Below the pieces are notes generated by a model, which did no database searches, was not told the DNA's origin, and worked only from the letters and a program-made list of their open reading frames with translations. Below, one piece after another: positions 1 through 8,594 of a stretch of 64,000 nucleotides of DNA. Location of the stretch: NCBI GenBank assembly GCA_043827405.1, contig JBDRPD010000060.1:9301-73300 (forward strand), in the 5' to 3' direction. Numbering within the stretch: position 1 is the first letter of the stretch; every line of letters starts with the position of its first letter. The DNA comes from Elusimicrobiota bacterium (GTDB lineage: Bacteria; Elusimicrobiota; Elusimicrobia; UBA1565). The position numbers and the translations under genes are program-made.

Positions 1-380
1 GCGCGCTCCGGCAGAATCCCGACGACGGGCGAGCGCTGCTCGAGCTGGCCGTGGTCAACACCAGCCGCGCCATCGAGGCCGATCCGGACGCCGCCGACGC
101 CTATGCCGTGCGGGCGATGGCCAACGACCTGCTGGGAAACCGCGACCGCGTGCTCCCCGACCTGCGCTCAGCAGCCTCCCGCAACCCCGACTACCGTCCC
201 GCGCTCAACAGCATGGAGCGGGCGCTGGGCGCGGCCCCGGCGCGCAACGCGCCGGACACCGCCGCCCAGACCCCGGCCGCTCCGCCGGCCAATCAGTTCG
301 TACTGCTGGGCGTGCTGCTGGTGGCGGTGGCGCTGGCGGGCGGGCTGATCGCCCTGATACTAAAGCTGTTCAAGCGCTAG
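1..380 (+). CDS. TPR-repeat protein with C-terminal transmembrane anchor (5' truncated by window edge)
   Basis: Frame is open from the window edge. TPR-like helices (AIEADPDAADAYAVRAMA...NPDY), a Pro/Ala linker, then a hydrophobic C-terminal helix followed by KLFKR. Confidence 0.75.
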   Translation, partial: ALRQNPDDGRALLELAVVNTSRAIEADPDAADAYAVRAMANDLLGNRDRVLPDLRSAASRNPDYRPALNSMERALGAAPARNAPDTAAQTPAAPPANQFVLLGVLLVAVALAGGLIALILKLFKR

Positions 381-2023
381 GGAGACTCGGCGGGGCTGGA
401 CTGGATACGTTCGCCGGTCGGCGAGTGGACTTTCAGCTTGCCGATGCCCTTGATTTCGCGCTCGCCCAGCTCCTCGAACTCGAACTTGGTCTCAGCGAGC
501 CGGCGCGTCGCCTCGCTGACGGCGGCGCGGTTCGGCGCCGCTTCCTTCTCCATGCGCGAGGCGAGATTGACCACGTCGCCCAGCACGCTGTATTCGAGAC
601 GCGAGGCGTAGCCGATATTGCCGACCACGGCGCGGCCGGAGTTGATGCCGATGCGCACGCGCGCCGCCGTAAGGTGCCGCTTCTCGGCCTCGCAGGCCCA
701 AGTTTCTGGAATCGCGAGTGCGGCGCGCACGGCCTGGCAGGCGTAGAGCGCCGGGTCCGAGCGTCCCTCGCCCGGCTGCGCACCGAATATGCCCATAACC
801 GCGTCGCCGATAAACTTGTTGACGTGCCCGCCCGCCTCCTGAATGCAGCGGGCCACCGTTTCGAGGTAGGGGTTGAGCGTCTCGCTGATCTCCTGCGGCG
901 TCTTCTCGCGGCTGAGCGCGGTAAAGCCCTCCATGTCGACGAACAGGACCGTCACGTCCTTCTCCTGCACGTCCAGCCCGACGACGTCGTCGCGGGCGGA
1001 GGCCTCGACGATGCGCTGCACCACGTCCGGCGCGAAGTAGCGCGACATATTCTCCTCAACGCGGGCCAGGTCGGCCTGCCGCTTGAGCGTCAACTGCAGG
1101 CTGATGAGGCTGGCAAGAGCCGAGCCCAGATAAAGATCTTCATCCGTGAACGTCCCGCCGCGCCGCCGGTTGTCCATATAGAATACACCGAGACGGTCGC
1201 CCTTGCCCCACAGCGGCAGCAGCATGCCCGAGCTGATATCCTGAATGCTCTGGCTTTCGGAGCGGTCCCTGAGACGCGACTGGAGCAGAAACGTACGGTC
1301 CGGCGGCAGCGACCGCAGCAGCGCCGAGCTGAAGGAAAAATCGAGTATCTTGCCGAGGCTCTTGTCGCGCGCCATCCGCACCTCGAAGCCGCCGCCGGGC
1401 CGAACGAGCAGGATGGCCGCCACCTCGGCCCCCGCGATCTTGCTCGTCGCATAAGAAAGGAGCGTCGCCAAGGACTCCTCGACGTCCGGCATCTTGGCCA
1501 AACGCAAAACGAGCTCATGCAGCTGGCCGAAGTGCTCCTTGAGCTTGGGATCACCCGCGTCGACGAGCCGCGACTCTCCCTGCGCGATATCCTGGATAAT
1601 GCTTGACGGATCGGCCGCGGGAGCCGCGGCCGGCGCCTCCTCGGCCGCCTCGAGGCGCCACGAGCCGATGTCGATCCGATCGCCGGTCCGCAGCGTCACG
1701 GCGCTGGCGATCCGCGTACCGTTGATCTTCGTTCCGCTGATGCTGGGCTTGGGGCGGCCCGTTTCCGGCTGCGGGGCGACGCCGCCGTCTGTAATCGTCC
1801 AGACGCCGTCTTTCTCTACCAGATGGCAGTGCCAGCGACTGGTAAGCGCGCGCTGGCGCTCTCCGTCCGGAAGCACGAGCCGGCAGTCGCGCGATCGGCC
1901 GATCACAAAAGGAGAGCCCTCTAATTTGATCGCCGGGGCGCCGATCTGGGAATCTTCCCTTAAGAGCCAGCGGCCAAGACCGTTCTCAATAAATGAATGG
2001 GGGCCCACAATCATCAACTTCAT
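377..2023 (-). CDS. FHA + GAF + class III adenylate/guanylate cyclase
   Basis: FHA motifs (IGRSRDC, SRWH, GTKING), GAF-like segment (LGVFYMDN...FTDEDL), cyclase motifs (VLFVDMEGFT, KFIGDAVM, RIGINSG, GDVVNLASRME). Confidence 0.92.
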   Translation of the reverse strand: MKLMIVGPHSFIENGLGRWLLREDSQIGAPAIKLEGSPFVIGRSRDCRLVLPDGERQRALTSRWHCHLVEKDGVWTITDGGVAPQPETGRPKPSISGTKINGTRIASAVTLRTGDRIDIGSWRLEAAEEAPAAAPAADPSSIIQDIAQGESRLVDAGDPKLKEHFGQLHELVLRLAKMPDVEESLATLLSYATSKIAGAEVAAILLVRPGGGFEVRMARDKSLGKILDFSFSSALLRSLPPDRTFLLQSRLRDRSESQSIQDISSGMLLPLWGKGDRLGVFYMDNRRRGGTFTDEDLYLGSALASLISLQLTLKRQADLARVEENMSRYFAPDVVQRIVEASARDDVVGLDVQEKDVTVLFVDMEGFTALSREKTPQEISETLNPYLETVARCIQEAGGHVNKFIGDAVMGIFGAQPGEGRSDPALYACQAVRAALAIPETWACEAEKRHLTAARVRIGINSGRAVVGNIGYASRLEYSVLGDVVNLASRMEKEAAPNRAAVSEATRRLAETKFEFEELGEREIKGIGKLKVHSPTGERIQSSPAESP

Positions 2024-2101
2024 ACTGCGAAAAGTTTAGCTGTAATCGAGCAAATCCGCAAGAATTACCCCCCGAACGAAACCGCGCCGCAAGAGCGGGA
2101 C

Positions 2102-2130
2102 TTGACAGCATCGGTACAGCCTGATATATA
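2102..2130 (+). promoter_or_regulatory. Putative sigma70 promoter upstream of rnd
   Basis: TTGACA at 2102-2107, 17-nt spacer, TGA-TATATA (imperfect -10). Confidence 0.5.
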
Positions 2131-2151
2131 TGTATGGACTTAGATGGATGC

Positions 2152-2190
2152 AGCCTGGAACGCCGACCGGGTTCCAGGCTATTTCTATTT
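2152..2190 (+). terminator. Terminator/attenuator-like hairpin in the rnd leader
   Basis: Perfect 10-bp stem AGCCTGGAAC (2152-2161) / GTTCCAGGCT (2171-2180), followed by ATTTCTATTT. Confidence 0.5.
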
Positions 2191-2220
2191 ATACCCTGAA
2201 CAAATTCGGCACAACACTGA

Positions 2221-3438
2221 ATGAGCGATAAAGAACTTCCGCCCGCCCGCATGATCGCGACGCTCAAAGAGCTTGAGTCGTTCGCCAAAGAGCTCAAGAA
2301 CGAGAAGAGCATCGCGGTCGACATCGAATCGGACGGCTTCTACGTCTATCATGAGAAAGTCTGCCTGGTACAGTTGACGACCAGCCGCGGCGACTTCATC
2401 GTGGACCCCCTGGCGGTCAAGGACATGTCTCCCCTCGGCCCGATGTTTCGCAACGCCAAGATTCAGAAGCTGTTCCACGCCGGCGAATACGACATCGTCT
2501 GTCTTAAACGTGATTTCGGCTTTACTATCAAGAATATTTTCGACACCATGGTTGCCTCCCGCATACTCGGAGAAGACCGGCTGGGGCTGGCGCGGCTCAT
2601 TGAGAAGCACTTCCAGGTAAAGATTTCAAAAAAACTGCAGCGCGCAAATTGGGGAAAACGGCCGCTGACGCCGGAGCAGTGCAAATATGCCCGGCTCGAC
2701 ACCCACTACCTGCATGCCCTGCGCGACATCCTCACCGCGGAGCTCGAAGCGCGGGGACTGCTGCAGGACGCCATCGACGCCTTCGCGCACCAGGAGCTCG
2801 CCGAACCGCAGGAACGGAAGTTCAGCCCGGACGACTTCTGGCATATCCACGGCGCGCGCGAACTCCCGGCCCAGAAGCGCGCCGTTCTGCGGGCGCTGTA
2901 TCTCTTTCGCGAGAAGAAATCCGCGGCGCTGGACCGGGCGCCGTTTCGCGTGCTGTCTGAGCAGCTGCTCGTCATCATCGCGGAAAAATGTCCCAAGACG
3001 CTTGACGCGCTCAGGGATATGCGGGGGATGACGCCGTACCTTTTCAATCACTTCGGCAAGGACCTGCACAAGAACATCACGGCGGGCCTGGCTTCGCCCC
3101 CGATCGAAAAGCCCCCCGAACGCAACCATAAGAATCGCTGGGATTCCGATACCATGCGGCGCTACGAAGCCCTTCGCGCCTGGCGCAAGCAGCTGGCCGC
3201 CGAGCGCGGCGTCAACCCCGTAGTCATCCTCGCGACCGACGAACTCCGTGAGGTTTCACAAGCGCCAAAGAAGAACCCCTCCGCGGACCACTGGCTCGAC
3301 GGTCTCAGCGAACACAAGCAGCTCACTTACGGGAAAGCCCTTCTGGAAGTCCTGAACCGGCCGATACCCGTCAACAAAGGGCGGCGCCGGCGGCGCCGGT
3401 CAAAGCGCCAGGACGCGAAAAAGCCAGCGGACGAATAG
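2221..3438 (+). CDS. rnd: Ribonuclease D (DEDDy 3'-5' exonuclease + two HRDC domains)
   Basis: IAVDIESD, KLFHAGEYD, IFDTMVAS, W-x-x-RPL...YARLD, and HRDC repeats (LYLFREKKS...LDRAPFRVL; LRAWRKQLAAERGVNP). Confidence 0.9.
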   Translation: MSDKELPPARMIATLKELESFAKELKNEKSIAVDIESDGFYVYHEKVCLVQLTTSRGDFIVDPLAVKDMSPLGPMFRNAKIQKLFHAGEYDIVCLKRDFGFTIKNIFDTMVASRILGEDRLGLARLIEKHFQVKISKKLQRANWGKRPLTPEQCKYARLDTHYLHALRDILTAELEARGLLQDAIDAFAHQELAEPQERKFSPDDFWHIHGARELPAQKRAVLRALYLFREKKSAALDRAPFRVLSEQLLVIIAEKCPKTLDALRDMRGMTPYLFNHFGKDLHKNITAGLASPPIEKPPERNHKNRWDSDTMRRYEALRAWRKQLAAERGVNPVVILATDELREVSQAPKKNPSADHWLDGLSEHKQLTYGKALLEVLNRPIPVNKGRRRRRRSKRQDAKKPADE

Positions 3439-3840
3439 GACGACGATAACGGCTCCCGCAGGGATAATGATGCCCCACAGGGAGATCGCTTCAAGATTCA
3501 CCGAAAAACCGAAACCCAGCTTCTCGGCCAAGCTGATATCCGAATATTCGTCGTCTTTCTTGGGGGCGAAGCTGCGCCCCGCGGGGGTCATGGGCGGAAG
3601 GTCGTCGATTACGTCGTAGAGGACCTCCTCCGTCTCGGCGACGGGAAAACCCGCGGTGCGAAGATACTCGTAGGCATCCCGCACCTCAATAAAACGCTTG
3701 GTGAATGACTGCGCCTCGGCGGCGGAGCGGGCACGGTCGGGATGGCAGCGCATAGCCTGCCGGCGGTAGGCCTGCTGAACCTCCTTGGGAGACGCTCCGG
3801 CCTCCACGTCCAGAATTGAATAAGCCTCTTCCGTCGTCAT
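3400..3840 (-). CDS. J-domain (DnaJ class C) protein with C-terminal TM helix
   Basis: AYSILDV...AYRRQAMRCHPD...F.EV.DAYE.L J-domain; hydrophobic C-terminus. Confidence 0.88.
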   Translation of the reverse strand: MTTEEAYSILDVEAGASPKEVQQAYRRQAMRCHPDRARSAAEAQSFTKRFIEVRDAYEYLRTAGFPVAETEEVLYDVIDDLPPMTPAGRSFAPKKDDEYSDISLAEKLGFGFSVNLEAISLWGIIIPAGAVIVVLFVRWLFRVLAL

Positions 3841-3882
3841 ATGGACGCCGGCGATAGCTTAACATTTCGTTTACTTCGCCGT

Positions 3883-3920
3883 AATAAAACCGCCATGCCC
3901 ATCTGGTAGAGTGATGGCGG
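3883..3920 (-). terminator. Putative intrinsic terminator (second, downstream of rlmN)
   Basis: Stem CCGCCAT (3890-3896) / ATGGCGG (3914-3920); on the minus strand it is followed by TTTTATT. Confidence 0.45.
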
Positions 3921-3996
3921 CGGACAACAACAGTCAAGGCGTACATTAGGGCGACAACAGAAAAACAACCGTAAAAGCGACAAAAAACCACCACCC

Positions 3997-4032
3997 AAAA
4001 AACGGCCGGAGGTTTACCTCCTGGCCGTTTTT
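3997..4032. terminator. Bidirectional intrinsic terminator at the rlmN 3' end
   Basis: AAAAAACGGCCGGAGG-TTTA-CCTCCTGGCCGTTTTT; A/T tracts on both sides. Confidence 0.8.
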
Positions 4033-5062
4033 ATTGCTCGGATATCAGCTGTCCGCAGGCGCCCCGGATATCCATGCCGAGGCTTTTGCGGATGGTCACC
4101 GTGGCGCCGCGGCCGCGCAGCCAGTCACGAAACTGCTGCGCGTTTTCTCTGGTCGGCGCTCGGAGCGGAGTATCGATGGGATTCCACGCGATCAGGTTGA
4201 CGTGTAGGAGATCCGCCCGGCCGGTCTTGTGCAGAAAACGAATAAGCTCCTGGGCATTCTTCTTGCCGTCGTTTTCTCCGGCGATAAGGACGTATTCCAG
4301 GAATATCTTGCGCCGCGTCTTGGCCAGCACTTCGCTTAAGGTCTCGGCCAGCTGCTCCAAAGGATAGGCCTTATTGACCGGAACCAGACGGCTGCGCAGC
4401 CGCTCGGTGGCGGCATGCAGGGACACCGCCAGGTTGACCTGCGGAAACGCTTCAATAAGGCGCTTCATCCCGGGCAGGATGCCGACCGTCGAAACCGAGA
4501 CATGCCGCGCCGCCAGACCCAAGCGCTCGGGATCGAGCAGTATCCGCAGGCTTGAGAGCACGTTGTCTATATTATGCAGCGGCTCTCCCATGCCCATATA
4601 GACGACGTTCGACAGCCGCCCCCCGAGCCGCTTGCGCCGCAGGTACTGGCGCCAGAACAGCACCTGGTCGGCGATCTCTTCGGCGCTGAGATTGCGGCGC
4701 AGGCCCATAACCCCGGTGGCGCAGAAAATGCAGCCCATCGCGCAGCCGACCTGCGAAGAGACGCAGGCCGACCAGTCGCCGGAAGGCTTGGGCCGCAGCA
4801 GCACGGACTCGACAAGCTTGCCGTCCGCCAGCCGCAGCAGCGCCTTGTACGCCCGACGGCTTGCCGATGCAAAGACCTTCTTGGGAGTGAAGCTCAGCAC
4901 CGGGGCGCGCTTGGCCAGGTCGGCGCGCAGCTGCTTGGGTAAAGCCGTGACTTCCTCGTAGGATGAGGCGCCGTCCTGGTAGACCGCGCGCAGTATCTGC
5001 GTCAGGCGGTAGGAGGGCTGCTTAAGGCGCTTGAGCGCTTCGCGGACCTTGATCGCGTCCAT
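4031..5062 (-). CDS. rlmN: 23S rRNA (adenine-C2)-methyltransferase RlmN (radical SAM)
   Basis: CVSSQVGCAMGCIFCATG, MGMGEP, SLHA, C-terminal GACGQL. Start set at ATG 5062, which has TGTTACAAT 6 nt upstream. Confidence 0.93.
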   Translation of the reverse strand: MDAIKVREALKRLKQPSYRLTQILRAVYQDGASSYEEVTALPKQLRADLAKRAPVLSFTPKKVFASASRRAYKALLRLADGKLVESVLLRPKPSGDWSACVSSQVGCAMGCIFCATGVMGLRRNLSAEEIADQVLFWRQYLRRKRLGGRLSNVVYMGMGEPLHNIDNVLSSLRILLDPERLGLAARHVSVSTVGILPGMKRLIEAFPQVNLAVSLHAATERLRSRLVPVNKAYPLEQLAETLSEVLAKTRRKIFLEYVLIAGENDGKKNAQELIRFLHKTGRADLLHVNLIAWNPIDTPLRAPTRENAQQFRDWLRGRGATVTIRKSLGMDIRGACGQLISEQ

Positions 5063-5131
5063 GCGGCGATTGTAACAAATGCCCCCCTCCATCTTGCGGC
5101 ACCCCCCCGCGTCTGATAATATGGCAGCAGC

Positions 5132-5809
5132 ATGGTCGACGTACTCAAGCAGAACTTCGTGATCGCGCGGCTGGCGGACTACTGCAACTTCAGCCAGAGC
5201 TTCGAACGCGCCGGCACGCGCGACCCCATCGCCTACCTCTGGGGCAAGCTCCGCGAAATCGAACAGCCGCTCCTCGATCTCAAGCAGGAGCTGCTCGAGG
5301 ATTCCGTGCGCCGGTTCTTCACCGACCTAAACCGAGACAAGGCGAGCGAGAGCACGCTGGCCGACTTGCTGCAGCTGCTGGACAGCTATCTCTCGCGCGG
5401 CGACTTCGCGGATGCGGCCTTCCATCTCGACTGGGGCAGCCTGCAGGACCCGTCCCGCCGCCAGCATGCCTGGGATTTCATACAGCCGCTGCAGGCGCAC
5501 AGCCTGCTCGATGAAGACGACAAGCCCGCGGAGCAGCGCGGCAAGAACTGGGAGCGCATCGTCGGCGACATTCGCAAGCGGCTGGGCTACGACGTAATCG
5601 AGCGCTGCCACGCGCGCAAGCCGCTGACCGCCCGCCGTCTGCGCTTCTTCCTGCGCCGCGCGCGCTTCCAGTCCGCCGACTTCTGCGCGGTATTCCGCTT
5701 CCCGATTCACGAGGGAGACACCTTCACTCCCTTCATCCTGCCCCGGGTGGAAGGCCTGATCGCGGCCAACCGCCGCCTGCTGCAAATGCTAAGGAAGCGC
5801 CCGTCCTAA
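5132..5809 (+). CDS. Hypothetical protein (225 aa, predicted helical)
   Basis: Long ORF with GC3-biased codons that fills the gap between divergent rlmN and convergent hicA; no family recognised. Confidence 0.75.
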   Translation: MVDVLKQNFVIARLADYCNFSQSFERAGTRDPIAYLWGKLREIEQPLLDLKQELLEDSVRRFFTDLNRDKASESTLADLLQLLDSYLSRGDFADAAFHLDWGSLQDPSRRQHAWDFIQPLQAHSLLDEDDKPAEQRGKNWERIVGDIRKRLGYDVIERCHARKPLTARRLRFFLRRARFQSADFCAVFRFPIHEGDTFTPFILPRVEGLIAANRRLLQMLRKRPS

Positions 5810-5817
5810 AGGACGGG

Positions 5818-6006
5818 TTATTTCATCGGCGGGATGCCGAGCGCCTTACAGATCTTGCGCGCGGCGAAATCGGCAACCTCGGGGTGGCGAGTTACCGGCG
5901 TTTCGACCTCGGTCTTGGAATTGACGTAAATCGAGTACTTGCCGCCTTCGCGGTCGAGCTCGCAGCCGTGCTTGTTGAGATGTTTTAACAGGTCTCGCAG
6001 TTTCAT
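5818..6006 (-). CDS. hicA: HicA-family (dsRBD-fold) toxin-like protein, orphan
   Basis: MK.RDL.KHL.KHGC...REGG...IY.N......VTRH.E..DF.ARKICK.LGIP pattern; SD GAGGAGG upstream. Confidence 0.85.
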   Translation of the reverse strand: MKLRDLLKHLNKHGCELDREGGKYSIYVNSKTEVETPVTRHPEVADFAARKICKALGIPPMK

Positions 6007-6033
6007 ATCGCCTCCTCTCGGATGATACCAAAC

Positions 6034-6810
6034 TTAAAATCCAAGAACCAACTCGATCGGGCAGTGATCGGACCCCATGATCCCGTCGTGAATCGCCGCG
6101 CTCTGCAGGCGGCGCTTGAGCGGCGCGGAAACGAAGAAGTAATCGATGCGCCAGCCGACGTTGCGCTCGCGCGCGCGGCTCTTCATGTCCCACCAGGTAT
6201 AGCGATCCGGAGCTTCCTCGAAATGCCGGAAACTGTCGATGAACCCGGCCGCCAGCAGGCGGTCGATCCAGGCCCGCTCCTCCGGCAGAAAACCCGAGGA
6301 CTTGGCGTTCTCCTTCGGCCGCGCCAGGTCGATCTCCCGGTGCGCGGTATTGACGTCGCCGCAGACGACGATATTCCGACGTCCCCCGTCTTGGTACGTC
6401 TGCAGCGTCTCGAGAAAGGCGTCGTAGAACCGCAGCTTGTACTGCAGCCGTTCCGGCCCGGACGTGCCGTTGGGGAAGTAGACATTAAACAGCGAAAACT
6501 CCGGATAGTGATGAATTAGGACGCGTCCCTCACGGTCGAACTCAACTCGGCCCAGGCCGCGCTCGATCTTCTTCGGCTTGGGCCGGCTATAGGTCGAAAC
6601 GCCGCTGTAGCCCTTGCGCTCCGCCCAGCAAAACTCGGCGCCGTAGCCCGGGACCTCCAACAGCTCGGCCGTAAGCTGAGACGGCATCGCCTTGGTCTCC
6701 TGCAGACAGAGAATGTCCGGAGCCTCCGCCTTCAGCCAGGGGACAAGTCCCTTGCGCGCCGCGGCACGGATGCCGTTGACGTTCCAGGAAAGAAGGCGGT
6801 ACTCCTTCAC
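6034..6810 (-). CDS. xth: Exodeoxyribonuclease III
   Basis: SWNVNGIRA, LQETK, GYSGV, EGR, YFPNG, GDVNTAH, GWRIDY, SDHCP. GTG start overlaps the upstream TGA. Confidence 0.96.
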   Translation of the reverse strand: MKEYRLLSWNVNGIRAAARKGLVPWLKAEAPDILCLQETKAMPSQLTAELLEVPGYGAEFCWAERKGYSGVSTYSRPKPKKIERGLGRVEFDREGRVLIHHYPEFSLFNVYFPNGTSGPERLQYKLRFYDAFLETLQTYQDGGRRNIVVCGDVNTAHREIDLARPKENAKSSGFLPEERAWIDRLLAAGFIDSFRHFEEAPDRYTWWDMKSRARERNVGWRIDYFFVSAPLKRRLQSAAIHDGIMGSDHCPIELVLGF

Positions 6811-7277
6811 TCCTCTGCTTCCGCGGCGGCGGCGCCGGAGCGGCGGACCAGACTGCGCGCCGTGACCTCGACGCACAGTCGCTTGTAGATGCCGAGTATG
6901 CTGGTGGTGTGCTCGTCCACCCGGACGTCGTAAAGCCCGATAACATCCGGATGCTCGCGGCGGATATTCTCCACCGCCCGGCGGTAGCCGCCGTCGCCCA
7001 CGGCGCCCGAGATGCTCTGCGAACGCAGCGACGCCGAAATGGGAATCGACAGCCCATGCTGGCAGCTTTTGCCGAAAACCTCGGCGGCCGGCACCGCGTC
7101 CGGCGGCAGTTCGCGGCGCGTCATCAGCACCGAGGACAGCGGCCCCTGCGAGTTGTAAAAGACGATAAATCCCCCCATCCGGATAAGGCCCGGCCGCGCC
7201 TGGTAGCTTTCACGATCGGCCCGCGCCGAAGGCGCGGCACAGAGCAGCGTCAGGAGAAGGACCGCCGCGCTTCTCAC
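6807..7277 (-). CDS. TRL-like family secreted protein
   Basis: Signal peptide; G.SC...GDGGY..A......LYDV.VD....SILGIY...C.EV pattern shared with the neighbouring paralog. GTGA overlap at the start. Confidence 0.7.
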   Translation of the reverse strand: MRSAAVLLLTLLCAAPSARADRESYQARPGLIRMGGFIVFYNSQGPLSSVLMTRRELPPDAVPAAEVFGKSCQHGLSIPISASLRSQSISGAVGDGGYRRAVENIRREHPDVIGLYDVRVDEHTTSILGIYKRLCVEVTARSLVRRSGAAAAEAEE

Positions 7278-7618
7278 GAACGGCCGACCCGTCCCGTGAC
7301 CACGGTACACATGCGGGAATAGATGCCGAACAGCACCGACTTCACCTTGACGTCGCTCTGCACATCATAGAGAACGGCGCCCGGATCGTCTTGCAGCGCG
7401 TCGCCGACCGCCGCCGCGTAGCCCGCGTCGCCCCAGGCGAACATCCAGAGCGCCGCCTGGTAGCAGGCGGTCCCGGAAACCCGCGCATCCGAGTGACTCG
7501 CCTTCACGTCGGAAGGCGTGGCCGACCGGTAGGCCCGCGGACCATGGATGTTGGTGTAGAGGCAGCCGCTCGACAGCACCGCCGACAGAACGACGACAAT
7601 AATCGGTATTCGTTTCAT
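7274..7618 (-). CDS. TRL-like family lipoprotein
   Basis: Lipobox-like LSSGC; CLYTNI..P...G.AC......FAWGDAG...A.......YDV..D....SVLFGIY...CT.VTG. Confidence 0.78.
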   Translation of the reverse strand: MKRIPIIVVVLSAVLSSGCLYTNIHGPRAYRSATPSDVKASHSDARVSGTACYQAALWMFAWGDAGYAAAVGDALQDDPGAVLYDVQSDVKVKSVLFGIYSRMCTVVTGRVGRS

Positions 7619-7679
7619 GTCCCCATTTTACCAAAGTCCCCGCTTGCGGGCGGACACCGTCTCTGGTATGCTCACAGGC

Positions 7680-8594
7680 ATGAGCGACGCGGTTTTCCTG
7701 GACGGCGTCACCAAAAGCTTCGACGGGCATACCGCCGTCGAAGATCTTAATCTGCGCGTACCCGAAGGCTCGGTCTACGGCTTCATCGGCCCCAACGGCT
7801 CCGGCAAGACCACCACCCTGCGCATCATCATGCATATCCTGCTGGCCGACCGGGGCACGGTCGAGGTCCTGGGCCGCCCCAGCGTACGAGCGGCCAACGA
7901 CGCGGTCGGCTACCTGCCCGAAGAGCGCGGACTTTACCGAAAAATGAGCGTGAACAGAGTACTGCGCTACTTCGCGGCGCTCAAGGGCATGCCGCCGGTT
8001 CACGCGCGGACGGAGATCAAACGCTGGCTTAAGCGCATGGACCTCGCGGAATGGGGCGGCCGGAGCGTGGAATCCCTATCCAAGGGCATGTCCCAGAAGC
8101 TGCAGTTCATCGCCGCCGTAATTTCGCGGCCGCGGCTGGTGCTCCTCGACGAGCCCTTTTCGGGGCTCGACCCCATCAACCTGGAGGTGCTGCGCGAGGC
8201 CGTCCTCGAGCTGCGCGCCCAAGGCACTACCGTGATCCTGTCCACGCACGACATGACCCTCGCCGAGGAGATGTGCGACTTCATCTGCATGATCTTCCGG
8301 GGCGGCAAGGTGCTCGACGGTACGCTCGACGCCATCAAGGATCGTTACGGCACGGACACGGTTCGCCTGCGCCTGGAGGGCGGCGGCTCCCACCTTAAGG
8401 GCTTTCCCGGCCTGGAGTCGATACGGGACCTCGGACGCTTCCAGGAAGTACGGCTCACGACCGATCCCCAGGAGCTATTGACGCACTTGGCGTCGCGAAC
8501 CAAGGTGCGCCATTTCGAGGTGGTGCGTCCGTCCCTCAAAGACATCTTTATCCGCATCGCGGGCATCACGGACGGCGAGGACGGTCATGCGTAG
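7680..8594 (+). CDS. ABC transporter ATP-binding protein (NatA/YhaQ-like)
   Basis: Walker A GPNGSGKT, LSKGMSQK signature, LLDEPFSGLDP, STH. Confidence 0.93.
   Translation: MSDAVFLDGVTKSFDGHTAVEDLNLRVPEGSVYGFIGPNGSGKTTTLRIIMHILLADRGTVEVLGRPSVRAANDAVGYLPEERGLYRKMSVNRVLRYFAALKGMPPVHARTEIKRWLKRMDLAEWGGRSVESLSKGMSQKLQFIAAVISRPRLVLLDEPFSGLDPINLEVLREAVLELRAQGTTVILSTHDMTLAEEMCDFICMIFRGGKVLDGTLDAIKDRYGTDTVRLRLEGGGSHLKGFPGLESIRDLGRFQEVRLTTDPQELLTHLASRTKVRHFEVVRPSLKDIFIRIAGITDGEDGHA

Noticed and set aside
425..1606. Long antisense and shadow ORFs (also 8665-9885, 10778-12421, 15456-16676, 24321-25784, 49836-51014, 57456-58523)
   Set aside because: They overlap well-supported genes on the opposite strand, are expected in high-GC DNA, and show no recognisable motifs.
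3686..3994. 102-aa minus-strand ORF in the rlmN/J-domain intergenic region
   Set aside because: It overlaps the J-domain gene out of frame, starts just after a terminator and has atypical composition.
4031..5062. Cfr-type antibiotic resistance methyltransferase
   Set aside because: Chromosomal housekeeping context with no mobile element, so RlmN is more parsimonious. A phylogeny would be needed to exclude a Cfr-like clade.
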